A stretch of 46,450 nt of DNA, taken from the IMG/VR virus record IMGVR_UViG_3300028831_000022, positions 1 to 46,450 of that record. One strand, written 5' to 3'. The DNA is from a virus. Positions 16,656 to 24,240 of this stretch are shown in pieces. The notes below the pieces were generated by a model. That model saw only the letters and a list, made by a program, of their open reading frames with translations, had not been told where the DNA came from and ran no database searches. The position numbers and the translations under genes are program-made. The first letter of the stretch is position 1; every line of letters starts with the position of its first letter.

Positions 16656-16943
16656 ATGAACGCATCACAGATCATCAAGGTTCACCACTCCCTCTGGAGC
16701 AGTCAGCCTCGTTCGTTCAACAGCACTCGTGCCGGTGGTCTTCGGTTCGTGACTCAGAACCTGAGTAAGCGAAGCAAGAACACTGAGTGGATCAAGGGCG
16801 ACCCGGAACATCGGAAGCTGACCTGGATCTTCAGCGCTATTGGGTACAAGGGACGCATCCGTGAGTACCAGAGCAGAGGCAAGACCATTATCGAGATTCA
16901 TACCCTGAATCCTGAGAAGCTGTTCTACAAGGAAGAGAAGTGA
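16656..16943 (+). CDS. 95-aa hypothetical protein
   Basis: ORF track; a purine-rich leader precedes the ATG. Confidence 0.6.
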   Translation: MNASQIIKVHHSLWSSQPRSFNSTRAGGLRFVTQNLSKRSKNTEWIKGDPEHRKLTWIFSAIGYKGRIREYQSRGKTIIEIHTLNPEKLFYKEEK

Positions 16944-17056
16944 ACGAGAACAGATCGACGCCGCTGGGTGAGGGACTGAAGGCTTGCCTTCAGTTCTTCC
17001 TTCTCTTCACAGCCGCTGCACTGATACTCGGCTGGCTCATGTCCACTGTGAGGTGA
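16940..17056 (+). CDS. 38-aa single-TM peptide (VNENRSTPLGEGLKACLQFFLLFTAAALILGWLMSTVR)
   Basis: Hand-translated. Its GTG overlaps the upstream TGA (GTGA). Confidence 0.35.
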   Translation: MNENRSTPLGEGLKACLQFFLLFTAAALILGWLMSTVR

Positions 17057-17057
17057 G

Positions 17058-17071
17058 TAATAACGGATGGC
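17058..17071 (+). promoter_or_regulatory. Conserved motif, copy d (TAATAACGGATGGC), overlapping the start codon at 17067
   Basis: 13 of 14 positions match copy e. Confidence 0.4.
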
Positions 17072-17372
17072 TACAATCGAAGTGACCGACGCAGCTCTCA
17101 GAAATATTGAGAACATGCAGAAGAGATGCTGGGACATCGAGAACAAGTATGGTGCTGATAGCAGCGAGGCACTGAAAGCGACGTGGTCTTACCTCAGGGT
17201 GCTGAGAGTCATCTTTCAGTGGCCTGGCCGAGTGACTGCTGAAGATGACCTCTCGCTTCTCATCGACGGGCAGATTACCATCGGCATCATCTGGCACCCG
17301 CTCAAGTTTAAGATGCCAGGTGGTGAATGGGAAGTAGACCCCCTCCTTGGTGAATGGAGTAGCCACTCATGA
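17067..17372 (+). CDS. 101-aa hypothetical protein
   Basis: ORF track; GAGGTG lies 9 nt upstream. Confidence 0.65.
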   Translation: MATIEVTDAALRNIENMQKRCWDIENKYGADSSEALKATWSYLRVLRVIFQWPGRVTAEDDLSLLIDGQITIGIIWHPLKFKMPGGEWEVDPLLGEWSSHS

Positions 17373-17635
17373 ATGAGCCATACGAAACTCTGCTTGGTCA
17401 TATGAAGGACAACCCTGTGATCGGCAAGTACCTCGACGGCGACGTGCCCAACTGGTCCGACATATGGATCGAAGCCATGCCGATGCTCAGCGGCGGAGAG
17501 AAGATCATGGTGGAAGTCGCCCTCGCCATGTATAATGGTAACGGCGTGGCAAGAATTGCAGACATCTTCCAGGTTGATCGAGAGAATCAGGAGCGTATCG
17601 TCAATGCCCTCAGGATTCGAGTCAGTCAATTCTAA
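17369..17635 (+). CDS. 88-aa hypothetical protein
   Basis: ATGA overlap with the upstream stop. Confidence 0.65.
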   Translation: MNEPYETLLGHMKDNPVIGKYLDGDVPNWSDIWIEAMPMLSGGEKIMVEVALAMYNGNGVARIADIFQVDRENQERIVNALRIRVSQF

Positions 17636-17828
17636 TCTCGATCTAGAACACGAGCAGATCATCCTCTTCTCCGACACTATCTCTGGTATCAAGAAGACCA
17701 TTGAAGGTCTAGCCCAGCTTGCTGGTCTTGAAGGTCTGGACTCAGTGGCAGAGAAGCTGCAAGAAGCTGTCGAAGAATGTGAACAATGGCCAGGAGTAGC
17801 AGATGTTTATTCGTCCAGCGATGAGTGA
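17604..17828 (+). CDS. ~74-aa acidic hypothetical protein
   Basis: Internal ATG of ORF 17535..17828, chosen to minimise overlap with the upstream gene. Confidence 0.45.
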   Translation: MPSGFESVNSNLDLEHEQIILFSDTISGIKKTIEGLAQLAGLEGLDSVAEKLQEAVEECEQWPGVADVYSSSDE

Positions 17829-18009
17829 GTCGCAGTTTGATCATGACAACGACATGGAATGGGGGATGAGCGATCCGTTCGATCCCGACCCGGTATGGCT
17901 ACACCCTGAGGATGGGCTCATCCCTCATCCCTTCCCCTCCAGGGCTGAGCCTGCCACAGCCGACGAGGCCCGAGCCTTCTGGCTCGACGGAGGCTGGGAT
18001 GACTGGTGA
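17803..18009 (+). CDS. 68-aa acidic, Trp/Pro-rich hypothetical protein
   Basis: AGGAG lies 6 nt upstream of the ATG. Confidence 0.55.
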   Translation: MFIRPAMSESQFDHDNDMEWGMSDPFDPDPVWLHPEDGLIPHPFPSRAEPATADEARAFWLDGGWDDW

Positions 18010-18178
18010 TCCTGTCGCTCAGGCGATGGACATTCAGCAGTCAGTCCAAGAGTTGCTTGAGTTGGTGAAGGATCAGAGTGAGGTGATCACTGAGAAGCAG
18101 GGGAAGGAACTCATGCATATTCTCAGAGAAATCTCTGGTTACATTCGAGGTATCCAACTGCAAGTCATGGTTCAGTGA
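17999..18178 (+). CDS. 59-aa helical hypothetical protein
   Basis: Internal ATG of ORF 17912..18178, with GGAGG 5 nt upstream. Confidence 0.5.
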   Translation: MTGDPVAQAMDIQQSVQELLELVKDQSEVITEKQGKELMHILREISGYIRGIQLQVMVQ

Positions 18179-18201
18179 TCACATGAGCGAAGGGGAATAG
18201 T

Positions 18202-19161
18202 GTGCCTGCGTACTTCGAGACTGGTATGTTCGTGCGGGAGAAGCCCTGGCATGGTCTAGGGAACTTGCTCGACAATCCGCCCAGCACTATGGAAGAAGCT
18301 CGTCGCCTTGCCGGGCTGGAGTGGGAACCTGAATACACTCCTATCTACAATGAGATGGGCGTGAAGATCGAGGGCTTCAAAGGTATCCGACGCAACGACA
18401 ACGGCTACATGCTGAACGTAGCTAGGGATACCTACGAGATGATCCTGAACAGTGAGACGTTCGAGATTGTCTGGACTGTGATGAAGCAGGGAGCCTACCT
18501 TGACACAGCAGGGTCTGTGCGTGACGGACGGCAAGTCTGGGCACTGGCACATTTGGATGAACCCATCGTCATTCCAGGTGACAAGTCTCTCTCATACCCC
18601 TATCTCGTCATGCTCACATCCCATGACGGAACAGCTGCATGTAAAGTCCTGCCGACAACTATTCGAGTTGTGTGTTGGAATACTTTCCAGATGGCCCTCA
18701 GTGAAGGGGACCGCACCGGAGTACAGTTTTCCTTTAGACATACTAAGCGAGTCAAGGACAGGATCGAAGAAGCAAAGCGGGTGATCGAAGGTACCCGACA
18801 CTTTGCCCTGCGCTGGAAGGAAGATGCCGAGTCTCTTATCGGTATCAAGATCACTCCTGTGCAGGCCAAGCAGTTCGTGCTGGACTTCTTCCCTACTCCC
18901 CCTCCCCACGTGGAGATGAGCGACCGTCAAGTCGATAACTTGACCATGAATCGTGCGACACTTACCCATCTTCTGGAAAATAGTCCTACTCTGGACGGCA
19001 TTAGGGATAGTGCCTATGGTCTTGTTCAGGCTGCTGGTGAGTACCTCGATCACCTTCGTGGAGGGCGAGGCGGTAGGGATGCTTACATTTCCCGTACTCT
19101 GCTGCGTCATGAACCGGAGAAGGTCAGGGCGCTGAAGCTAGCGGTGAAGATTGGTAAGTAA
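18202..19161 (+). CDS. DUF932 / phage-plasmid-like protein (TIGR03299-like)
   Basis: N-terminus F..REKPWHGLGN and a length of 319 aa are typical of this family. Recognised by eye. Confidence 0.65.
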   Translation: MPAYFETGMFVREKPWHGLGNLLDNPPSTMEEARRLAGLEWEPEYTPIYNEMGVKIEGFKGIRRNDNGYMLNVARDTYEMILNSETFEIVWTVMKQGAYLDTAGSVRDGRQVWALAHLDEPIVIPGDKSLSYPYLVMLTSHDGTAACKVLPTTIRVVCWNTFQMALSEGDRTGVQFSFRHTKRVKDRIEEAKRVIEGTRHFALRWKEDAESLIGIKITPVQAKQFVLDFFPTPPPHVEMSDRQVDNLTMNRATLTHLLENSPTLDGIRDSAYGLVQAAGEYLDHLRGGRGGRDAYISRTLLRHEPEKVRALKLAVKIGK

Positions 19162-19334
19162 TGAGCAGGCGACGGTGCGATTCCAGAAACAGGGCAGGGA
19201 TTGTCTGCGGTTCTGATGCAAGGTACTGTGTGTCACAAGACAACGAAGCCCGCTTCACCTGTGGCAAGCACCTAAGCTCGTTCATCGATGAGATGTTGGG
19301 ATCATATGCACAGATAAAGGTGCATCGGATCTGA
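19161..19334 (+). CDS. 57-aa Cys-containing basic peptide (MSRRRCDSRNRAGIVCGSDARYCVSQDNEARFTCGKH...)
   Basis: Hand-translated. TAATG coupling to the DUF932 gene. Confidence 0.45.
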   Translation: MSRRRCDSRNRAGIVCGSDARYCVSQDNEARFTCGKHLSSFIDEMLGSYAQIKVHRI

Positions 19335-19339
19335 TAGGT

Positions 19340-19408
19340 TCCTGGCATAGAGGCGCCCGCAAGGGTAAGGGTTACCGAACATGGCCCTTCCTCCCCTCTA
19401 TGCCAGGA
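19340..19408 (+). promoter_or_regulatory. 69-nt element closed by a perfect 14-bp inverted repeat (tcctggcatagagg / cctctatgccagga)
   Basis: Read directly. It starts 6 nt after the preceding stop codon. Confidence 0.7.
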
Positions 19409-19547
19409 TCAATGTTCCGACTGCCTACCTAGACATAGTCTAGAGGTTGTTTGCAGTGAACGTAGGCTAGAGCTGCAACTAGTTCCCGCACGCTAGTAAA
19501 CTGAGGGGCACCATGCAGTCCTTTAGGATGCGGGTATGGCATGGAGG

Positions 19548-19579
19548 GAGGGGCTGGCTTCGGTCAGCCCCTTCCTTTA
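19548..19579 (+). terminator. Terminator-type hairpin (UUCG loop, T-rich tail)
   Basis: gaggggctggc-ttcg-gtcagcccctt-cctttat, with wobble pairs. It lies inside the 5' end of ORF 19536..20429 as listed in the track. Confidence 0.6.
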
Positions 19580-19589
19580 TGATGAGGTC

Positions 19590-20429
19590 ATGGCTATACA
19601 ACGTGACCTTTCTCATCTGAAGTTTGTGAAAGAAGTCGAAGAAAGGAACGCTGTGTACGCCAAAGTTCTTGTTGAAGAGTGGGCCAAGCTGGCTCAAGAG
19701 AGAGGGACACTCGCTCATGCTGTCGAGGGCACAACGATGCGCCATTCAATGGCAGGCAAATGTGCTCGGCAGATCCATTACTATCTCACAGTGGGAGATG
19801 AAGGGATCACCAACCCCTTTGATCTGCCTGCCTACTGGAGCACTGGTCTGGGTACAGCAGTCCACGGATGGTGGCAAGCAGCCCTAGCCAACCTGTTCCC
19901 TAATGCTGAGCTTGAGAAGGTAGTCCACCTGCCCGAGGCTGACTCGTCTGGTCATGTGGATGCATGGCTGCCTGATGAGAAGATCGCCTTCGAGTTGAAG
20001 TCCATCAATGGCTTCGGCTTCAAGAAGATTCAGGAGGACAACAACGGTCCTCGCTATGGTGACTTCGTTCAGGCATGTGTGAATGCCTATGCTCTCCAGG
20101 CTGAGCGTATGGTCCTCATCTACCTGTCACTGGAAGCGATTAGTAGGCAGCGGGCCAAGCAACGGGAGATTGACGAGGTTGGTCGTATCGCCAAGGAGTT
20201 CCACTACACGCCGGATACCTTCGTCAAGGTAGCTGAGCGGGAGATTGAACGGTGGAAGGTGATCCGTGAGCGTGATGCCGATACGCCTCGTGCCATCCCT
20301 GACCCTGAGGTACCGGTTGGTGCCCGTGTCGTTGATCCTTCTACTGGTCGGCTGAGTAGTGGGTCATATGCCTGGCACTGTGCCTACTGTAGCTATCAGG
20401 ATCTGTGCGCTAGTGAATGCACCGAGTAG
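19590..20429 (+). CDS. PD-(D/E)XK nuclease, Cas4/RecB-like, with an Fe-S Cys cluster
   Basis: GHVDAW...ELKS core. One N-terminal Cys (GKCARQ) plus C-terminal CAYCSYQDLC (C-x2-C-x5-C). The start is moved to ATG 19590, downstream of the hairpin. Confidence 0.7.
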   Translation: MAIQRDLSHLKFVKEVEERNAVYAKVLVEEWAKLAQERGTLAHAVEGTTMRHSMAGKCARQIHYYLTVGDEGITNPFDLPAYWSTGLGTAVHGWWQAALANLFPNAELEKVVHLPEADSSGHVDAWLPDEKIAFELKSINGFGFKKIQEDNNGPRYGDFVQACVNAYALQAERMVLIYLSLEAISRQRAKQREIDEVGRIAKEFHYTPDTFVKVAEREIERWKVIRERDADTPRAIPDPEVPVGARVVDPSTGRLSSGSYAWHCAYCSYQDLCASECTE

Positions 20430-20521
20430 GTGCTTGCATCTACATACCTACTACATGGACGCTGGGGTACGGTGTAAGGATTGTCATAAGACGGCTCCAT
20501 ACAGTAGAGCATGGAGGGAAC

Positions 20522-20803
20522 GTGAGCTATCCCGAATACGAGCAGAGGGCAGACCGGGCACCGATAGGGACAGACATTGAGCGGGTGCAGAAAACTATCC
20601 ATGAGTATGATACTCTACTTGATCTTCTTACTCAGAAGCTGGAAAACATACTTCGTCCTGCTGTACCTTCTGCCGTACCACGAGATGACTGCCCTCGGAT
20701 AGCAGAAGTGTCACCTCTGCGGACAGAGATTCAGGTTCTTGGGAATAGAATGATCACGCTGAATGGTCGTTTCTCTGATCTCGTCGCACGGATTGACACA
20801 TGA
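20522..20803 (+). CDS. 93-aa hypothetical protein
   Basis: GTG with GGAGG 4 nt upstream, in the frame of ORF 20417..20803. Confidence 0.5.
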   Translation: MSYPEYEQRADRAPIGTDIERVQKTIHEYDTLLDLLTQKLENILRPAVPSAVPRDDCPRIAEVSPLRTEIQVLGNRMITLNGRFSDLVARIDT

Positions 20804-21069
20804 CTAGTCGGGATATACCCGATGATCCTGCTGGCGACTATAGGTTCATGGCTGTGGTGATGATTGATGGTCATGGCAAACCTAGGAAGCTGGAGCAGGA
20901 ACACCGTAAGTGTCTTGAGCGTCTGCTCTGGGAAGAGTATGGTGACCTAGCTACCCTTACTCTTCTGAAGAGGACCGATGACAGCCAAGCAATTACGGAA
21001 GCTACACTTCTTGCTGATGATCTTATGGGGCTTGTTGATAATCCCGACATTGATCTGGTGGAAGAGTAG
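20800..21069 (+). CDS. 89-aa acidic hypothetical protein
   Basis: ATGA overlap with the upstream stop. Confidence 0.6.
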   Translation: MTSRDIPDDPAGDYRFMAVVMIDGHGKPRKLEQEHRKCLERLLWEEYGDLATLTLLKRTDDSQAITEATLLADDLMGLVDNPDIDLVEE

Positions 21070-21172
21070 CGTTCTCTGGGTGGGACTCTGTTCCTGCTAC
21101 GCCAACTCTATAGCTCATGCTGCTGCCTATGCAGGAGAGAGAGCCGAAGACAGCAATAGTAATAACGGATAG
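20978..21172 (+). CDS. Possible 64-aa two-TM membrane protein overlapping the previous gene out of frame
   Basis: MTAKQLRK-LHFLLMILWGLLIIPTLIWW-KSS-VLWVGLCSCYANSIAHAAAYA-GERAEDS has a credible membrane topology. It overlaps the upstream gene by 92 nt. Confidence 0.35.
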   Translation: MTAKQLRKLHFLLMILWGLLIIPTLIWWKSSVLWVGLCSCYANSIAHAAAYAGERAEDSNSNNG

Positions 21173-21173
21173 C
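21160..21173 (+). promoter_or_regulatory. Conserved motif, copy e (TAATAACGGATAGC)
   Basis: Ends 10 nt upstream of the ATG at 21184. Confidence 0.5.
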
Positions 21174-21183
21174 ATAGGAGAGC

Positions 21184-21528
21184 ATGATGCGTACCCCTCA
21201 GGAATACATTGCAGATGTGACCGATGATGTGCTGCCCCGCTTTATGCAGAACATCTCTGGTCATGCGCTCTCTGCTAATGATCAGTACCATGCAGAGATG
21301 TGCAGGCTGGCTCGTAATGTGGGGATGAACCCTGAGTCTGAGGGATTCAAGGCTTCTCTTCTCCTTGCATCCGACTTGATTGATGGTCTTGCTGCTAGCC
21401 TCAGAGAGACAGAGCTTGAGGATAAAGAGATGGGTGCCTACTACATCGAACAGGCAGCAGCCCGTCTACGTCTACTGTCTCTATGGGGGAGCCGATGCAG
21501 GAAGGACTGTTTGGACCTGAGGTCGTAA
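21184..21528 (+). CDS. 114-aa hypothetical protein
   Basis: GGAGAG lies 2 nt upstream of the ATG. Confidence 0.65.
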   Translation: MMRTPQEYIADVTDDVLPRFMQNISGHALSANDQYHAEMCRLARNVGMNPESEGFKASLLLASDLIDGLAASLRETELEDKEMGAYYIEQAAARLRLLSLWGSRCRKDCLDLRS

Positions 21529-22271
21529 GAAAGAATGCCAAGCGACGAGTCACCGACGAGCCAGTCTACAACCGAGTCCTTAATTGCACAGCTTGTAGTC
21601 TATCTCAGTTGCGATGGCCGGTACCGTATCGAGGTCCATACCCCGCAAGAGTTGCCATTGTCGGTGAGGCTCCAGGTTATCAAGAAGATGCAAGAGGTGG
21701 TCCCTTTGTTGGTCCAGCAGGACAACTCCTGCAAGAACAACTAAGGATTCACAAGGTAATACCTGACCGACTGTTCTACATGAACATCGTGTCCTGTTTC
21801 CCCACCTCGTCTGATGGTGGGAAGTCTGCCAAGCCCAGTGTCAAGTCCATTGCTGCGTGCAATGAGAACGTATGGGCACAACTGAAGCTGGCTAGTCCAG
21901 AGTGGGTGGTCCTCGTAGGAGGGGTAGCCCTTGAGGCACTGGCTCCTTGGACATTGTGGCGATGTAAGCCTCGTACTATTACACAGATGCGTGGTCTGGT
22001 GTGGACTTGGGAGGGGATGCACTGGACACCTATCATTCATCCTGCGGCGGGCTTAAGGGAGAAGAAGTACATGACTCTCTTCCAGCAGGATATCTCCAGG
22101 CTAGTAACCATGCTAAGGAATGGTCCCGAGTACAGCGAAGAGTGTCTTCTCTGTGGCCTGGAGGTGTATAGGTACGACTACACTGGTATGCCCTTTTGTC
22201 AAACCCATTTCAAGGATGTAGAATTTGGGGAGAACAAGGGGGCCAACATTGCGAGTCAAGCCCATAGCTGA
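21483..22271 (+). CDS. Family-4 uracil-DNA glycosylase-like protein (SPO1 DNA-polymerase-related type) with a C-terminal Cys/His tail
   Basis: Motifs GEAPGYQEDARGGPFVGPAGQLL, an N-terminal CxxC, and HPAA near the C-terminus. The start could be 21483 or 21495. Confidence 0.75.
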   Translation: MGEPMQEGLFGPEVVRKNAKRRVTDEPVYNRVLNCTACSLSQLRWPVPYRGPYPARVAIVGEAPGYQEDARGGPFVGPAGQLLQEQLRIHKVIPDRLFYMNIVSCFPTSSDGGKSAKPSVKSIAACNENVWAQLKLASPEWVVLVGGVALEALAPWTLWRCKPRTITQMRGLVWTWEGMHWTPIIHPAAGLREKKYMTLFQQDISRLVTMLRNGPEYSEECLLCGLEVYRYDYTGMPFCQTHFKDVEFGENKGANIASQAHS

Positions 22272-22272
22272 G

Positions 22273-23013
22273 ATGGGTAGAGCGCCAGAACAGGGACGGA
22301 TCAGGTATGGCATTAAGACTACCTCTGCGAATGGGAAGACCATACCACGGAGTATCACTAAGTTCAGGTTCACGTCTTCTGATGTTACTGCGCTGGACCA
22401 GATTGCCAAACTTTATGGAGGTCAGGTTAGACCTTGGGAGAATGGGCAGTCTGAGGTGGTCAGTGGAGTCGAAGAGATACCCATAGTCCTGCCACCTAAT
22501 CCGCTGGGCGACGGGCCAGTCTATGAATTGTGGAAAGGTAGTGGCTGCATCCGTCGCTGTGATGGTGTGACATGCTGGGTTCCAGCTAATACTGAGGAAG
22601 GTGCAGAGCTACTTGAAGTTCCCTGTCTCTGTGATGAGAAGCAAACTTTGGATTGTAAGCCGACTACCCGTCTCTCAGTTATCCTGCCCGAGGTGCGGTT
22701 TGCAGGCGTATGGAGACTGGACTGTAAGGGGTGGCACGGCACAAATGAACTACCGGCTATGGTTGCGACGGTGCAACAACTGCAAGGCCAGGGATTGTCT
22801 CGGGCTTACCTTGCATTGGAGAAGCGGAAGAAGGGTAGCAAGCAATGGGTAGTTCCAGTCATCAGACTGGGAGCTACCCCTAACCAGCTCTTGCAGGCCA
22901 GGGAGGCTGGTGTCTTGGAAGCACAGACACAGCCTATAGAAATCGGGTCGGGTCTTGCTGAAGAGGTATGGGCTGGTGAGATACCGGCTGCCATAGAGAA
23001 CCCATATGGTTGA
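22273..23013 (+). CDS. phiC31 gp3-like (recombination-directionality-factor-like) protein; tentative
   Basis: The pattern GRIRYG..., FRFTS, YGGQVRPW, YELWKGSGCIRRCDG, PCLC, TRLSVILP, GVWRLDCKGWHGTNEL matches my memory of this actinophage family. Confidence 0.5.
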   Translation: MGRAPEQGRIRYGIKTTSANGKTIPRSITKFRFTSSDVTALDQIAKLYGGQVRPWENGQSEVVSGVEEIPIVLPPNPLGDGPVYELWKGSGCIRRCDGVTCWVPANTEEGAELLEVPCLCDEKQTLDCKPTTRLSVILPEVRFAGVWRLDCKGWHGTNELPAMVATVQQLQGQGLSRAYLALEKRKKGSKQWVVPVIRLGATPNQLLQAREAGVLEAQTQPIEIGSGLAEEVWAGEIPAAIENPYG

Positions 23014-23380
23014 GCTTGATCCCGGCCATATCCTCTTCCTCAAGGCAGAGGCGAAGTACATCCTGGCTGGGGGTACTACTGCTACGGAGCGGGAACTCAC
23101 TACCTGGGTGATGGACGTAGCCAAAGCCTCAGGCTGGCTCATCTACCACGTCCCTGACAGCAGACGGGCACCGTCAGGTTTTCCCGATCTTGTTCTCCTT
23201 CGTCCTCCTGAAGCTCTCTTTTATGAATTGAAGAGAATGGGAAAAGGAGGTACATTGAAACCATTGCAAGAACAGTGGCTCAACGGGCTACAGGAATGCG
23301 GCCTGGAGGCAGGAGTATGGAGAGCAAGCGAGATACCGGAAATCTGGAGGCGACTGACCGGGCTACCCTTCGAGCCTTGA
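23006..23380 (+). CDS. VRR-NUC domain nuclease
   Basis: GFPDLVLL...FYELKRMGKGGTLKPLQEQW, a PD-(D/E)XK variant characteristic of VRR-NUC. Confidence 0.75.
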   Translation: MVELDPGHILFLKAEAKYILAGGTTATERELTTWVMDVAKASGWLIYHVPDSRRAPSGFPDLVLLRPPEALFYELKRMGKGGTLKPLQEQWLNGLQECGLEAGVWRASEIPEIWRRLTGLPFEP

Positions 23381-23447
23381 TCGAGGCTGAGTTGGCGGCT
23401 GATCCTGATACTGACAGTGATCTGTGGAATCTGCTCTTGGATGCGGC

Positions 23448-23792
23448 ATGATCGAGCCGCTGTCCTTCGTCTTCCCTAATACACCTGGGCTGGAGAAGGT
23501 GAGGACAGGCATCGTGCTTGACGCCAGAGGGGCTAAGCTCACTGTCGTCGGCATGATTCCCTGTCGTTGTTCTTGCCATGATGTTAAGGTGGTAGTACAA
23601 TACGTAGTGAAGGGAAGAGGGAACGAAGACTCTCACCGGCTCAGCCTTGTCGAAAGGATGATCCGGGGTTCATGTCCCCAGCGGTATAACGATGCAGCTA
23701 CCGCTGCCCTGGAACTTACCAACATACTCATCAACAATCATCTTGATCGACAAGATCAGTGCAAAGGAGTAGTCAGTGGCGAAGCAGCTTGA
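23448..23792 (+). CDS. 114-aa hypothetical protein
   Basis: ATG at 23448 in the frame of ORF 23424..23792. Confidence 0.55.
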   Translation: MIEPLSFVFPNTPGLEKVRTGIVLDARGAKLTVVGMIPCRCSCHDVKVVVQYVVKGRGNEDSHRLSLVERMIRGSCPQRYNDAATAALELTNILINNHLDRQDQCKGVVSGEAA

Positions 23793-24132
23793 TCCCAGTG
23801 AAGTTGATTTCCGGCGTACTCGGGGCGACTCGTCTTGGTTTGACCCTGCCTGGCTGAACGGCGAGCCGTGGATGCTGAGTCCCGAAGAGGACTTCACCGC
23901 TAAGCCCGATACCGTCCGTGCCCGTCTCTACAATGAGGCTGCCGCCAAGAACCTGGCTGCTCGTAGCAAGGTGCTGGCTGACGGGAGCATCATCTTCCAG
24001 ACCTACACCCGTAGTGCTGAGGAAGAGGCCAAGGCCAAGGCTGCTACTGAGAAGCGTAACGCTACTCGGCAGGCCAACATCAAGGCTGGCAAGACTCAGC
24101 CTCGTGGTAAGAAGTCTGCACAGCCCGCATAA
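23776..24132 (+). CDS. 118-aa protein with a basic Lys/Ala-rich C-terminus
   Basis: GTG with AGGAG 7 nt upstream; a terminator follows. Confidence 0.65.
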   Translation: MAKQLDPSEVDFRRTRGDSSWFDPAWLNGEPWMLSPEEDFTAKPDTVRARLYNEAAAKNLAARSKVLADGSIIFQTYTRSAEEEAKAKAATEKRNATRQANIKAGKTQPRGKKSAQPA

Positions 24133-24157
24133 CATCTGCTCACTGGCAGAAGGGAAT

Positions 24158-24187
24158 AGCCCCGGTCTTCGGATCGGGGCTTTCTCT
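24158..24187 (+). terminator. Intrinsic terminator (UUCG loop)
   Basis: agccccggtc-ttcg-gatcggggct-ttctct, with one G-T wobble. Confidence 0.75.
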
Positions 24188-24240
24188 ATGCCCACTTGAC
24201 GCCAGTGATAAGATAGACATAGTGAAAGGGGAGGTGAACT

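Noticed and set aside
19340-19408. Possible tRNA (69 nt with a closing stem)
   Set aside because: The closing stem is 14 bp rather than 7 bp. There is no T-loop (GTTCRANNC) or D-loop signature. I saw no tRNA-like sequence elsewhere in the window.
20359-20580. 73-aa ORF, or its 41-aa ATG-20455 version with a single CxxC
   Set aside because: It has no SD, overlaps the nuclease 3' end, and competes with the GTG-20522 ORF, which has a GGAGG. It is kept only as a weak alternative.
23317-23451. 44-aa acidic ORF (MESKRDTGNLEATDRATLRALIEAELAADPDTDSDLWNLLLDAA) overlapping the VRR-NUC 3' end
   Set aside because: Its stop is ATGA-coupled to the next gene, and the peptide looks protein-like. But it overlaps 64 nt of a conserved-looking VRR-NUC C-terminus and has an SD only 1 nt from the ATG. 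The evidence is insufficient to call it.
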